Source: Bdellovibrionales bacterium
GTDB taxonomy: Bacteria > Bdellovibrionota > Bdellovibrionia > Bdellovibrionales > JAGQZY01
Reading direction: 5' to 3'
NCBI GenBank assembly: GCA_031426555.1
Contig: JANPLN010000002.1
Span: forward strand, 64,001 to 128,000
DNA: 64,000 nucleotides
Below the pieces are notes generated by a model. That model saw only the letters and a program-made list of their open reading frames with translations, did no database searches and was not told where the DNA came from. Position 1 is the stretch's first letter. Every line of letters begins with the position of its first letter. The position numbers and the translations under genes are program-made. Shown here piece by piece: positions 29,482 to 41,982 of this stretch.

Positions 29482-31111
29482 AGGCCTGTACTCCCACATA
29501 ATGATAGTTTCCGAGTTCGTCGAGCCAGTACTCACCTTCAAACGGCCAGTACTCATATCCGTTAGCGATAAAAAAGTTTCGAGACGCATCGTCCGTGATC
29601 TGTTTGCGCTGTATCTTTCGACCTGAAAGCTCCTTCGCAACAACTTCTTTTTTACCACCGAGCATTTCAAGCTTTAAAAAGTCGTTTTGCTCGAAAAAGT
29701 CGCGCAACTCTGATTTCATTTTTAACAAATGATTTCGCGTCAACTTGCCCACAAGATCCTGGGTGCTTGCACGGCGGCGCTCAATGATGCGTTTTCCAAA
29801 TTTTCCTAACGCCGACTGCTGCCAAGCTGGACTCATTTTAGAGATCAACTGATTCTCTGCCATCAACATTTCGTAGTAGTGAACGTTACTACGAATCAGA
29901 CTTTGCTTGAGAATCGACGACATAGTGATGTCGTTGAGTCGTTTAAAAGTTTTTTTATCTTTTTTATTCTTGCGCTCATCAATAGACTTTTTAACTTCGT
30001 CCCAATAAATACGACTGTCTTCGGAACGATCCAACATCTGTGATGTGTTTGCTAAGACTGGCTTGTAGATGCGATCAAAGAGGTCCAGTACTTTTTCCAT
30101 CTCGTCATAACGGCATATATATAGATAAACAATGGCTCGCAACAATAAGGACTCGGGGGCGTACTGGCTCTCGTAATAGGGAGAATGAAGTGTATGAAAG
30201 TTGCTCGACGCCGATCTAAACTGACCCGCCATCATCATGGCCCAGCTCATTTCGAAAAGAGCATCATGCCACTGCAGGGTATCCCTTGGAATTTGTCGAT
30301 AGTAGCTGAGCGACGTATCCCACTTTTTTCCTTGATAAAAAAGACGCGCCAAACCTAGATTTGCGTTCACGCGGTTCGTATCCGTGACCGGCTTTGATTG
30401 ATTGCGGCTTAACAGTTCTTCGAAAGCCGAGGTGGCTTTTCCTAACTGGTTGTTTTCAGCATACGACAAGCCTTGCTTGTAAAGTGCTTGCGGATAAACG
30501 GCGCTATCGGCTTCCACTTTGGAAAACGCTCTTGCCGCTTCTTCAAAGCTGCCTTCTTTTAATTTGAGCTCACCATATCTATAGAAGAACAAATCGCGGC
30601 TCTCGGCAGGGAACTGGTTGATCTGAATTCGTGAAACTGCGTACTTAAGGAGCACATCGGAATCCAGTATGTTGCTAAGGTAGGAAAGCTTTCCTAAACT
30701 TTGGCGCAGGTATCGACCCTCTCCCCCGCGACGAATTTCCTCGTCGATCACATCATAAAAAACAAAAGAGGCCACTTGATAGAGCTTTAGTTCCATCAGC
30801 ATTAAGCCCAACATGTATTTTAACTGAGCCGCTTCACTGGCATTTTTGGGGCTCCGACTTAAAGAAAAAAGCATTTTTGAGGCTTCTTGGTACTGCCCCG
30901 TTGTTGCAAGTTCCTTAATGCGCGCAACAACGCCGCCGCCGCCTTTGGCTGCCTTGCTCGTGGTCGTTGCTGTTTTAGAAGTCTTTGGCTTGGTTGATTT
31001 CTTTTTCGATTTTTCGGCGGCAACAGAGCGCTCAGCTGGTTTTACCTCAGCCTCTGCACCGGTTAAGAAAAATACACTGATTAATAGTGGCAACAGTTTG
31101 CGCGTCATCAT
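29474..31111 (-). CDS. gltC: TPR protein, GltC-like
   Basis: W.DALFEMSW, TLHSPYY, C-terminal WPFEGEYWLDELGNY. Confidence 0.88.
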   Translation of the reverse strand: MMTRKLLPLLISVFFLTGAEAEVKPAERSVAAEKSKKKSTKPKTSKTATTTSKAAKGGGGVVARIKELATTGQYQEASKMLFSLSRSPKNASEAAQLKYMLGLMLMELKLYQVASFVFYDVIDEEIRRGGEGRYLRQSLGKLSYLSNILDSDVLLKYAVSRIQINQFPAESRDLFFYRYGELKLKEGSFEEAARAFSKVEADSAVYPQALYKQGLSYAENNQLGKATSAFEELLSRNQSKPVTDTNRVNANLGLARLFYQGKKWDTSLSYYRQIPRDTLQWHDALFEMSWAMMMAGQFRSASSNFHTLHSPYYESQYAPESLLLRAIVYLYICRYDEMEKVLDLFDRIYKPVLANTSQMLDRSEDSRIYWDEVKKSIDERKNKKDKKTFKRLNDITMSSILKQSLIRSNVHYYEMLMAENQLISKMSPAWQQSALGKFGKRIIERRRASTQDLVGKLTRNHLLKMKSELRDFFEQNDFLKLEMLGGKKEVVAKELSGRKIQRKQITDDASRNFFIANGYEYWPFEGEYWLDELGNYHYVGVQACE

Positions 31112-31965
31112 CGGTATTTTGCCTCCGGAAAGTAGAAGCTGAGACCAAAACTGATAAATAAATTATTTTGGATATCGTCTGTTGTCGTAACTATATCTAC
31201 AGCACGATCCAGCGTTGTTCTGACCTCAGGTTGCATAAAGTGCCAGCTCACATCCCAGCGAAACACCATCCACTTGGTGAGGGCAAAAACCTCACCCGTC
31301 GAAATCTTTAATGTGATGGGGTCATTTAACGATTCTACGCGGACCGTGGTTGAGCTATCGCTCGCGCTTGATCCTGTAGCCAACTGCGTTTGCCCCAAAC
31401 CAATTGAAAAATAGTGGTCAAAAGGAATGATTTTTTTATCAAAATACGAAAACTTTCCGTAAAGCGGGGTCCAGCGAAAATCCACGCCATAAAACAGCTC
31501 GGTGACCACCATGCCGTTAACCACAACCCCTCGGTCTAATAAGTTTTTCGAGTTGCTGCTGTTATTGGCGCTAAACCACTTGGCAATAAACTCCACACCC
31601 ATTTTTTCATTGAAATTGTAGGTGAGTCCGCCGCCAACGCCGTAGGCAGAAAAGTAAGCATCATTAATATTGGTCGCAGCGTTGATATTCGCTTCGAATC
31701 TTTCAGTTTTTGGTAAGTATTTTTTTTGAATAACAGCAATGTCTTCGAAGGGCTTGAGCTGGTTTAAGTTCTCAAGCTTAGTGACATTGATCTGAGGCGT
31801 TTCTTCCGCCTTAAAGGCTGCAGCTTTTGCATCCTCTTCAGATTTTTTTTCGTCTTTATTGCCATCTTCACCGTACAAATTCTCAATGCTATCGAGGTCG
31901 TCCGCGAAAGCAGGAGAAGCCAATACACACAGTGATAGAACTCCACAAAGGTAATATTTAATCAT
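31108..31965 (-). CDS. Outer membrane beta-barrel of the gliding complex (GltA/GltB-like)
   Basis: IAVIQKKYLPK, WTPLYGKFS, terminal GLSFYFP. Confidence 0.85.
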   Translation of the reverse strand: MIKYYLCGVLSLCVLASPAFADDLDSIENLYGEDGNKDEKKSEEDAKAAAFKAEETPQINVTKLENLNQLKPFEDIAVIQKKYLPKTERFEANINAATNINDAYFSAYGVGGGLTYNFNEKMGVEFIAKWFSANNSSNSKNLLDRGVVVNGMVVTELFYGVDFRWTPLYGKFSYFDKKIIPFDHYFSIGLGQTQLATGSSASDSSTTVRVESLNDPITLKISTGEVFALTKWMVFRWDVSWHFMQPEVRTTLDRAVDIVTTTDDIQNNLFISFGLSFYFPEAKYR

Positions 31966-32085
31966 AGATGAATCCCTAAACTTGCTAACTTTTCATGACA
32001 CTGCTTTAGACAGGATAAGAAATTATTGAGAGAACTTGTAGACTTAAGAAGGAAACTGGACCTTTGAAGGAGGCCGAGGGGTCTT

Positions 32086-32823
32086 CTAGAGTAAGAAGAC
32101 CAGACCTAACATCACACTGGGACTGATATTAAATTGACTATCAAAGATCTCTGGATCTGCGTCGGAGGTTAAATTCACGGTGTCTGATTGGCGACTGAGA
32201 ACGTCGAGTCCGTTGTACATAAGAAACTTTAAATCCAATCGAAGTCCCATTCGCGGCGTGAAAAACAAGTTTTGTCCCACCCCGATGTTTGCAATCCATG
32301 TGGATTTTCCGCCAAGATCGGTCATTCCCGCCCCTCCATAAATATAGAGGGCCAAATTCATCACGAAATCTTTGGTGATGCTAATTTTTCCATAATAAGG
32401 AGTCATTTGGTAATCGAGAGTCACTAAATACTCGGGCACTGGCACAACACCAAAATTAATCTTTTGCGAGGGGATTAGGGACCCGTCCAACTGATCTGCA
32501 TCACTCGATGTATTTGCATCGCGCATAAAAGCGTTAATGGCAAAACTGTGGAACTCATTAAAATGATAGCCCGCATGCACACCATAGGCCCACGGCGAAA
32601 AAAACGGTTCGTTAAAAATTTGCCCCACCATGGGACCTACTTCAAACTTTTGCTTCGTAACGACACGGCGAGCTTTTACGGCCACGGTTCCTTCGGGAAA
32701 AACCGGTAGCACTGACTCTTTCGCCAACTCTTCCTGAGGTAAATCGATGGTGACTGCGAACGCCAAAGAAGACAGCATCGAAGAAAATATCGCTGTTGTG
32801 CATACCCGAACCAAAAATCTCAC
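32086..32823 (-). CDS. Outer membrane beta-barrel of the gliding complex (GltA/GltB-like)
   Basis: NEPFF, TPYYGKISI, YIYGGAG; signal peptide. Confidence 0.85.
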   Translation of the reverse strand: MRFLVRVCTTAIFSSMLSSLAFAVTIDLPQEELAKESVLPVFPEGTVAVKARRVVTKQKFEVGPMVGQIFNEPFFSPWAYGVHAGYHFNEFHSFAINAFMRDANTSSDADQLDGSLIPSQKINFGVVPVPEYLVTLDYQMTPYYGKISITKDFVMNLALYIYGGAGMTDLGGKSTWIANIGVGQNLFFTPRMGLRLDLKFLMYNGLDVLSRQSDTVNLTSDADPEIFDSQFNISPSVMLGLVFLL

Positions 32824-32824
32824 A

Positions 32825-33343
32825 CTATTCTCCTTTTCGAGAGTAATAACCGTACTTCAATATTAAATCACACAACTCGCGAAGGGCGCCGTCGCCTTCT
32901 TTCGCTTTTGTTTTATAGTGACAAACTTTTTTGACTTGCGCCATTCCACCGGGAACGGTCACGGCCAATCCCACTTGCTCCAGCACAGGAATATCAAAAA
33001 TATCATCGCCTATGTAACAGATCTCCTCGTTAGTATAGCCACTGAGTTTTTTAATTTCATCAAAGGCTGGACCTTTGTCTGTTTGTTTTTGATATAAATA
33101 ATGAAATTTAAGATGTTCGGCGCGCTTTTTGACCTCGGTCGAGGCTGCACCAGTGATAATGCCCGTTTTGTAACCAGCATCGATGAGAAAATGAATACCC
33201 GCTCCATCGCGAACGGAATACGAGCGACGCCACTCTCCGTCGCCTCCCATAAAAATCTTGGCGTCGGTCATGACACCGTCCACATCGGTGAGTAACATTT
33301 TGATCTTTTTAAGACGTTTAATAATTTTTTGATCAACAGACAT
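32825..33343 (-). CDS. kdsC: KDO 8-phosphate phosphatase
   Basis: DVDGVMTD, VRDG, YIGDDIFD, GALRELCDLI. Confidence 0.93.
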   Translation of the reverse strand: MSVDQKIIKRLKKIKMLLTDVDGVMTDAKIFMGGDGEWRRSYSVRDGAGIHFLIDAGYKTGIITGAASTEVKKRAEHLKFHYLYQKQTDKGPAFDEIKKLSGYTNEEICYIGDDIFDIPVLEQVGLAVTVPGGMAQVKKVCHYKTKAKEGDGALRELCDLILKYGYYSRKGE

Positions 33344-33349
33344 AAAGTC

Positions 33350-33378
33350 AGTTTGTGAGAATTTATAAACGAAGTCAA
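33350..33378 (-). promoter_or_regulatory. Sigma70-type promoter, leaderless geometry, for kdsC
   Basis: TTGACT-17-CAAACT-6-ATG. Confidence 0.55.
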
Positions 33379-33394
33379 ATGCCCGTCGGCGATC

Positions 33395-33419
33395 CGTCGT
33401 CCTGAGCGCAGCGAAGGAC

Positions 33420-33425
<6 letters not shown>
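33395..33425. repeat. REP-like element overlapping the kdsD stop
   Basis: CGTCGTCCTGAGCGCAGCGAAGGACCTAGCG, related to 17107-17163. Confidence 0.7.
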
Positions 33426-36055
<2,630 letters not shown>

Positions 36056-36808
36056 TTATTTAGCTTTTTTATCTAACAGTATTTTTTCAATTTTTTGCAC
36101 ATCGCTCGGGATATCAACGCCCCAACAATCATGCTCCACTTTTACAATTTTAATATTACCGCGCAAATAAAGCGCGCGAAGTTGCTCGAGCCCTTCGGCC
36201 TCTTCGATGCCAATAGGCGTTTGTTCGCAAAATTTTTGCAAAAATGATTTGCGGTAGGCGTAAATACCAATGTGTTTTAAACAAGGAATGGTTTTAAATT
36301 CCGAAAACGGACGGCGCGAAAATGGAATCGGCAAGCGACTAAAATAAAGCGCCCGTCCCTTTTGATCCATTACAACTTTTGCGACTTGCTGAGAATGCAG
36401 GGTTTCTTCGGTGAGTTCGTGCCCCAGGGTCCATGCTCCACAGTCGGCGTTTTCGGCCAACTCAGTTTCGCGCACTAAAGTATCGAGCACATCGCCGCGG
36501 ATCAAAGGCTCATCCCCTTGGATGTTAACAATAATGTCGTACGGTAAATCTTTGATTGCCGCCCACACACGGTCCGATCCGGACGGTAAATCCGAGGGAG
36601 TCATGCGCACTTCATAACCCAATTTTTGGGCCACGGAGGCAATCTCATCGTGATCTGTGGCAACGATGATTTTTTGGATTTTTTGACTTTGAGACACACC
36701 TTCAAGAACCCACTGAAGCATGGGTTTATTGAGAATTGGCGCAAGCGGTTTACCCGGAAAACGGGTCGCGCCAAAGCGAACAGGAATAACACCAACGACG
36801 GAGTTCAA
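36056..36808 (-). CDS. kdsB: CMP-KDO synthetase
   Basis: IPVRFGATRFPGKPL, SGSDRV, NIQGDEP, LEQLRAL. Confidence 0.96.
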   Translation of the reverse strand: MNSVVGVIPVRFGATRFPGKPLAPILNKPMLQWVLEGVSQSQKIQKIIVATDHDEIASVAQKLGYEVRMTPSDLPSGSDRVWAAIKDLPYDIIVNIQGDEPLIRGDVLDTLVRETELAENADCGAWTLGHELTEETLHSQQVAKVVMDQKGRALYFSRLPIPFSRRPFSEFKTIPCLKHIGIYAYRKSFLQKFCEQTPIGIEEAEGLEQLRALYLRGNIKIVKVEHDCWGVDIPSDVQKIEKILLDKKAK

Positions 36809-36856
36809 TTTTCACCTCGGCTGAAAGGAAATAACTAACACTTCCTTAACAATTTG

Positions 36857-37432
36857 TCATGTAAGAAGCCAATCAAATAGCACTTTCTCTAAGGGCACAA
36901 GGCCGTCGCCGGATAGGCTCGAATATGGAAGCACTAGGTCTAACTTAAGCTCCTGATTTATCTTCTTTTTCTTTGCCACGACGGCACTCTTTGAGATTTG
37001 ATCAGATTTACTTAAAATGAGTCCAAACTGTAAATTCTGTTTGTCCGCTAAATCCAAAAGCAACTGCTCATCTTCACTCCACTCGCGGCGAATATCCATC
37101 ACCAGCAACATCACTTTGAGGTTTTCCCGGCGAAGCAGGTACGACTCCACCATTTTTCGCCAGGTCATCACTTCGGTATTGGCTCTGGAGGCGTAGCCAT
37201 ATCCCGGCATATCCACCACGCGGTAGCCCTCTTTGTGGTCGAACAGATTAAGAAGGGCGGTTTTCCCTGGAGTTTGGCTCACTTTGGCAATGGGCCGGCG
37301 GGAGCGCGCAATACCATTGATCAACGACGATTTTCCGGCGTTGGAGCGCCCGGCGATGGCCACTTCCGGGCGGTGATCGCGAGGAAAGTCGGAAAGTCTT
37401 GCTGCACTCTTTAAAAACTCAAGATTGGACAT
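36857..37432 (-). CDS. engB: Ribosome biogenesis GTPase YihA/YsxC
   Basis: GRSNAGKSSLIN, SQTPGKT, DMPGYGYA, SKSD. Confidence 0.95.
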   Translation of the reverse strand: MSNLEFLKSAARLSDFPRDHRPEVAIAGRSNAGKSSLINGIARSRRPIAKVSQTPGKTALLNLFDHKEGYRVVDMPGYGYASRANTEVMTWRKMVESYLLRRENLKVMLLVMDIRREWSEDEQLLLDLADKQNLQFGLILSKSDQISKSAVVAKKKKINQELKLDLVLPYSSLSGDGLVPLEKVLFDWLLT

Positions 37433-37479
37433 GCGTAGTAGATACACTGAATCCCGCACTGAGTTCAACTGTTGAAATT

Positions 37480-37521
37480 TTCCGTCTGAGTTCTTCCGTC
37501 TCAGTTCCCCCGTCTGAGACT
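37480..37521 (+). repeat. Three 14-bp-period direct repeats (possible activator binding sites)
   Basis: TTCCGTCTGAGTTC / TTCCGTCTCAGTTC / CCCCGTCTGAGACT. Confidence 0.7.
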
Positions 37522-37589
37522 GAAATCCTACGATAAGGACGGCAATTCCGGAATTCTGCCTCTTAAAACCAACTCAAAAGCTCTCTGAT

Positions 37590-37604
37590 TGGTACAGCCT
37601 TTGT
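37590..37604 (+). promoter_or_regulatory. Sigma54-like promoter for the FHA-bEBP gene
   Basis: TGGTACAGCCTTTGT (GG-N10-GT, -12 variant). Confidence 0.45.
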
Positions 37605-37646
37605 AATGAAATTTTTGCTTTTATTGAATCAAACAAAGGAGAAACG

Positions 37647-38915
37647 ATGATTACTTGTAAACTTGAGGATCTGCAGGAGCCGGCACAAAAAGCGGCCTAT
37701 TTAATTCCCCTGCACGACACCAAAAACTTGGTGGAGATTGGCGAATTCGTGTCGTTTGGCCGAAACTCCTCTAACACGGTGGTTCTGACAGATCCTTTTT
37801 CCTCACAAAAACATGCGCGCATCGAAAAGAGAGGCGAGCAATTCATTCTCAAAGATCTACGCAGCAGTAACGGAACTTGGCTCAACGAAAACGCCATTCT
37901 CGAAGTCATACTTAAGCCCAATGACAAAATTCGCATGGGCGAGACCCAATTCACATTTTCCTTTGTAAAAAATAAAGATGATAAGACCCTTTCCAGTAAA
38001 AATCCCGACTGGCAAAAACAACTTTCACGCTTACCTGCTTTTGCATCGTCAGATCACACCATTCTTATTGTCGGACCCACAGGAAGCGGTAAGGAAGTTA
38101 TCGCGAAGGAATCCCACAAGTTGTCGTTACGACGGTTTTTCCCTTACGTAACCATCAACTGCAGCGCCCTGAGCGAAAGTTTGGTGGAGAGCGAACTCTT
38201 TGGCCATGTGAAAGGAGCCTTTACCGGCGCCATGGAGGATCGCATGGGGGCCTTTGAGGCCGCCCGCGGAGGAACTTTGTTCTTAGATGAAATCGGCGAT
38301 TTGCCCTTGTCTCTTCAGCCCAAGCTTTTAAGGGCTCTTGAAAATCAAGAAATTCGGCCAGTAGGGAGTGATAAAACCATCAAAACTAATGTTCGCATTA
38401 TTGCAGCCACCCATAAAAATTTATACGAAAGAGTCGTAAAAAAGGAATTTCGCGAGGATCTTTATCATCGCTTAAATGTGTGCCGTATCTCACCCCCTTC
38501 CCTGATTGAACGCATGGAAGACTTTGATGATTTGATTTACTATTTTGCCAAAGAAAAACGCGTCCGGTTTTCCTTCGCCGCCGTTGAAAAATTAAAAGAC
38601 CATGTATGGCCCGGCAACATTCGCGAACTGCGAAATGCGGTGTCGCGCGCTTCGGCCTATCTTCCGGGACAACAGATTGAACCGCAGCATATTCATGAAA
38701 TCATTGATCGCCCAGTGATGACTAACTTTATCCTCGAACATCTACCGCCACTGAAAGAGCTGGAAAAAGATTTAATCATCAAGCATCTCGAAAAGAACGA
38801 GGGAAACCAGCGGCGAGCGGCAGAGGACTTAAGCATGCCGAAAAGCACATTTCACGACAAACTGCGCGCCTACGCAATCAATCCCAAAAACTTCAAACGC
38901 CGTAGCCGTGTTTAG
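37647..38915 (+). CDS. FHA-domain sigma54-dependent activator (bEBP)
   Basis: GR...S.KHA...DLRSSNGT (FHA); [29 protein letters not shown]-terminal Fis HTH. Confidence 0.95.
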   Translation: MITCKLEDLQEPAQKAAYLIPLHDTKNLVEIGEFVSFGRNSSNTVVLTDPFSSQKHARIEKRGEQFILKDLRSSNGTWLNENAILEVILKPNDKIRMGETQFTFSFVKNKDDKTLSSKNPDWQKQLSRLPAFASSDHTILIVGPTGSGKEVIAKESHKLSLRRFFPYVTINCSALSESLVESELFGHVKGAFTGAMEDRMGAFEAARGGTLFLDEIGDLPLSLQPKLLRALENQEIRPVGSDKTIKTNVRIIAATHKNLYERVVKKEFREDLYHRLNVCRISPPSLIERMEDFDDLIYYFAKEKRVRFSFAAVEKLKDHVWPGNIRELRNAVSRASAYLPGQQIEPQHIHEIIDRPVMTNFILEHLPPLKELEKDLIIKHLEKNEGNQRRAAEDLSMPKSTFHDKLRAYAINPKNFKRRSRV

Positions 38916-38927
38916 AATGCTGGTAGT

Positions 38928-39650
38928 TTAGAATACGACGAGCTTGTAGCGGATGTTTTTTATCTTTGTAGTTAGCCGACTGTTGAGGGATGCCAAAATC
39001 ACTTTGCGCATCTCCTCTTTTCCTTCGACGCCTTTAAAATCTTCCACGCTGTATTGCTTCAGCACTCGACTCAGAATTTCGACAATCTCTTCATACCGAT
39101 TTGAAAAATAGGGCTCATCTTCACGGCGCAGAAGCTCCATGTAAAAAGCCATTCGAGCGATTTTGACTTCGCCCTTCGGCTTGATAACGTAGATTTGCTC
39201 AGGGACTTCCAGAAAATATTGATCTGTTAAAAACAAATCCATTAAGTTTCTTTGCGGCAGTTTTGCATTTAGGATTATCGTTTCGTCAGCCCACATTTCA
39301 AGTGATGTCTGATCGGCTATTAAAAATGCTGGCGTAAAAACTCCAAAAACGGAAAGCAGTAAGATTGGCAGGGCAACAAAGATCACAAAGCTTCCCATGT
39401 AAACAAGGAGCTGCTGGGTGCGAGTGAGCCCATACCAAAATTTATAAATCCACTTTTCAGCTTTCTCGGCGTCTTTTTTCTGTTCTTCTTCAGACAGCCC
39501 GATGTCCTGATGATTCAGGTTATCGGCGCTGATGGACTTAAGTTGATCGACAAATTCTGGAGCTGCCTCTTGGAGGATATTATCAATTTCTTCCAGATCG
39601 GCTTCCGATACCCGTTCGTCGTTTTCGTTTTCGTCTAAGATATCTGACAT
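38928..39650 (-). CDS. FliL-like membrane protein
   Basis: Acidic N-terminus, single TM, C-terminal DFKGVEGKEEMRK.I...LN FliL-like segment. Confidence 0.6.
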   Translation of the reverse strand: MSDILDENENDERVSEADLEEIDNILQEAAPEFVDQLKSISADNLNHQDIGLSEEEQKKDAEKAEKWIYKFWYGLTRTQQLLVYMGSFVIFVALPILLLSVFGVFTPAFLIADQTSLEMWADETIILNAKLPQRNLMDLFLTDQYFLEVPEQIYVIKPKGEVKIARMAFYMELLRREDEPYFSNRYEEIVEILSRVLKQYSVEDFKGVEGKEEMRKVILASLNSRLTTKIKNIRYKLVVF

Positions 39651-39709
39651 AGAAGTATTTCAACCTTAAATCATTGAATTGTAAAGACTTTCCCGCAGGC
39701 TAGAACGCC

Positions 39710-39724
39710 TGGAACACCAATTGC
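39710..39724 (+). promoter_or_regulatory. Sigma54 promoter upstream of the three beta-barrel genes
   Basis: TGGAACACCAATTGC = GG-N10-GC. Confidence 0.65.
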
Positions 39725-39841
39725 TTTTACCATCCTCAAAACAGTGAGTTTTTAATTTGTGCGATCGGGGCGTAACCTAAGGTGCAATTAAGGGCCGATT
39801 GTTAAAAATTTAAACAACCATTAAAAATGGAGAGGATTTAT

Positions 39842-40447
39842 ATGCTTAAACGAATAGTAACAATGCTAGCTGTGGCCACAGTGACCGTGACCGCTTTTGC
39901 GCAACAACAGGATATGAATACGATTTCTACGCCTGTTCCTAATGTAGAGTCTGCTAAAGGGTTTCGCGTTGCTCTTATTAAACCTTTTTTGGATTACGAA
40001 GTGAAGCAGGAATTTTTAGGCGTTAACGCTAGCTCAGAGGGTGATCTTGAAAAAGAAATCGGATTTTCTGTGGGTTATGCCTACTTGCCAGTGCAAAAAT
40101 TGGGTTTCACTGGAAACTTAAGCTATATCAGTCTCGATGGTGACGATGCAGATAGCGACAAAGCAACTTTGCTAAGAATCGACGGTAACTTGGCTTATTC
40201 TGTAAATGAAATGGTGAGCTTTAAAGGTGGACTGAACATCAGTAATTTTACTGATGACGAAATGGATGAATTGGATCCTAGCATCGGTTTACAGTTTGGT
40301 GCCGGAATCCAAATCACTAAAAACTTTGGTGTGGATGCTTCTTACGTAATTATGCAGCAGTACGCAAAACAAGATACTATTTTTGGAGAAAATGAAATTC
40401 GCGTTTTCGAAAAAGGTATCGAGGTTGCTTTGCACGCTACATTTTAA
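39842..40447 (+). CDS. Outer membrane beta-barrel protein (8-strand OmpA/OmpW-like), paralogue 1
   Basis: Signal peptide, alternating beta pattern, terminal F; start refined to MLKR after GGAGAGG. Confidence 0.85.
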   Translation: MLKRIVTMLAVATVTVTAFAQQQDMNTISTPVPNVESAKGFRVALIKPFLDYEVKQEFLGVNASSEGDLEKEIGFSVGYAYLPVQKLGFTGNLSYISLDGDDADSDKATLLRIDGNLAYSVNEMVSFKGGLNISNFTDDEMDELDPSIGLQFGAGIQITKNFGVDASYVIMQQYAKQDTIFGENEIRVFEKGIEVALHATF

Positions 40448-40455
40448 TTGAAATC

Positions 40456-40478
40456 AGGGTGCTAGCTTTTAGCACCCT
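40456..40478 (+). terminator. Intercistronic hairpin (no U-tail)
   Basis: AGGGTGCTA-gcttt-TAGCACCCT. Confidence 0.6.
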
Positions 40479-40509
40479 CTAATTACCATTAAAAATGGAG
40501 AGGATTTAT

Positions 40510-41142
40510 ATGCTTAAACAAATAGTAACATTGCTGGCCGTAACGGCTGTGGCTGTATCTGCTTTTGCACAAGAACAAACAACTCAGGAAGAAACGACGA
40601 GTGTTTCTACCCACTTCCCCGGCCCCACTTCGGCAAAGGGATTTCGGATTGCATTGGTAAAACCCTTTTTGGATTGGGATGTCGAAGCAAAGGCTGACGG
40701 TATAACATTCAAAAACGATGGTGAATTCGAAAAAGAAATGGGTGTTTCTTTGGGTTTTGCTTATTTGCCCATTCGCAGCGTTGGTTTTACGGTGAATGCG
40801 AGTTACCTTTCTTTTAACGCTGAAGATGATAGCGATAAGATTCACATGATTCGAGCTGATGGGAACGTAGGCTATGCGTTTAACGAAGTTATCAGTTTGA
40901 AAGGTGGTTTCAACGTTAGCGATATCACAAATAGTGAACTGAATGAATACAAACCTAGTTTTGGTTTACAGTTTGGTACTGGTATCCAAATTAACAAGAA
41001 CTTTGGTTTCGATATCTCTTACGTAGCTATGAGACAAACCAACAGGTCTTTAACCGACTACAATAACAAAGGTACTTTCAACGACCCTACTGTGAATATT
41101 TTCACAAGAGGACTCGAGGTAGCTTTGCACGCTACTTTTTAA
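40510..41142 (+). CDS. Outer membrane beta-barrel protein, paralogue 2
   Basis: Shares SAKGFR.AL.KPFL, G.AYLP, R.DGN, GLQFG.GIQI.KNFG.D.SYV and VALHATF with paralogue 1. Confidence 0.85.
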   Translation: MLKQIVTLLAVTAVAVSAFAQEQTTQEETTSVSTHFPGPTSAKGFRIALVKPFLDWDVEAKADGITFKNDGEFEKEMGVSLGFAYLPIRSVGFTVNASYLSFNAEDDSDKIHMIRADGNVGYAFNEVISLKGGFNVSDITNSELNEYKPSFGLQFGTGIQINKNFGFDISYVAMRQTNRSLTDYNNKGTFNDPTVNIFTRGLEVALHATF

Positions 41143-41151
41143 TTTAAAATC

Positions 41152-41174
41152 AGGGTGCTAGCATCTAGCACCCT
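41152..41174 (+). terminator. Intercistronic hairpin, copy of 40456-40478
   Basis: AGGGTGCTAG-cat-CTAGCACCCT. Confidence 0.6.
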
Positions 41175-41189
41175 CACAAAGGAACTTTT

Positions 41190-41807
41190 ATGCTCAAATG
41201 GTTTACTTTGCTCACCGCTATCATGACCTTCTCGCAAATAACTTTTGCCGTGGAGAAAGATCGCGACGAGAAAACTCTTTCTACGGCAGTCCCAACGGTG
41301 ACGTCTTCGAAAGGCTTTCGACTGGCGGTCATTAAACCATTTTTAAACATCGAAGCCGAAATAAAAACTCCTGGAGTCGTGCTGAATGGTGAACCTGAGT
41401 TAGACAACGAAATAGGTCTGTCCGTTGGTTATGCCTATTTGCCAATCATGAAGTTGGGTTTCTCAGCAAATGCGAGCTTTTTGAATATGGATAACAAAGT
41501 GGGTGAAACATCGCAGATGGTGCGTATTGATGGGAACCTCGCCTGTGCGCTCAATCACACCGTCAGCATCAAAGGCGGAGCAAACTTGAGCAATTTTACC
41601 GACAGTAACTTTGATGACATAAAACCAAGCATTGGATTTCAGTTTGGAGCAGGAATCCAAATCACCAAAAATTTTGGTTTTGATATTTCCTATGTGACTA
41701 TGCAACAGAGCGCAGTTGATAAAAACTCCCTCCCTCCATCCATGGGAGATCTAGAACTGAGTCTTGTCCAGCAAGGACTTGAGCTAGGATTGCACACTAC
41801 TTTTTAA
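41190..41807 (+). CDS. Outer membrane beta-barrel protein, paralogue 3
   Basis: Same motifs; ends LHTTF. Confidence 0.85.
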   Translation: MLKWFTLLTAIMTFSQITFAVEKDRDEKTLSTAVPTVTSSKGFRLAVIKPFLNIEAEIKTPGVVLNGEPELDNEIGLSVGYAYLPIMKLGFSANASFLNMDNKVGETSQMVRIDGNLACALNHTVSIKGGANLSNFTDSNFDDIKPSIGFQFGAGIQITKNFGFDISYVTMQQSAVDKNSLPPSMGDLELSLVQQGLELGLHTTF

Positions 41808-41818
41808 AATGACGAACC

Positions 41819-41971
41819 CACTTTTGGGACTTCCTGCGTTGAATTTTTTAAGTTCCATTTCAATATTACTTAAAAACGAGTTCCGCAGGCTTCCTGCCGA
41901 GGACTGTCCGAGGCTTTTAAGTGATATTGAAATAGAACTTAAAAAATTCAACGCAGGAAGTCCCAAAAGTG
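41819..41971. repeat. Long hairpin element, REPIN-like (family B copy 2)
   Basis: 41819-41875 versus 41915-41971: 57-bp arms with 2 mismatches. Confidence 0.93.
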
Positions 41972-41982
41972 TGTCCGTACCT

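Noticed and set aside
29482..29670. Long GltD N-terminus overlapping gltC
   Set aside because: GTG at 29481 gives a normal signal peptide and a short coupled overlap.
39730..39815. c-di-GMP riboswitch in the OMP leader
   Set aside because: It lacks the GCAAA/GAAA-tetraloop/GCAAAGC pattern of class I; kept only as an unassigned structure.
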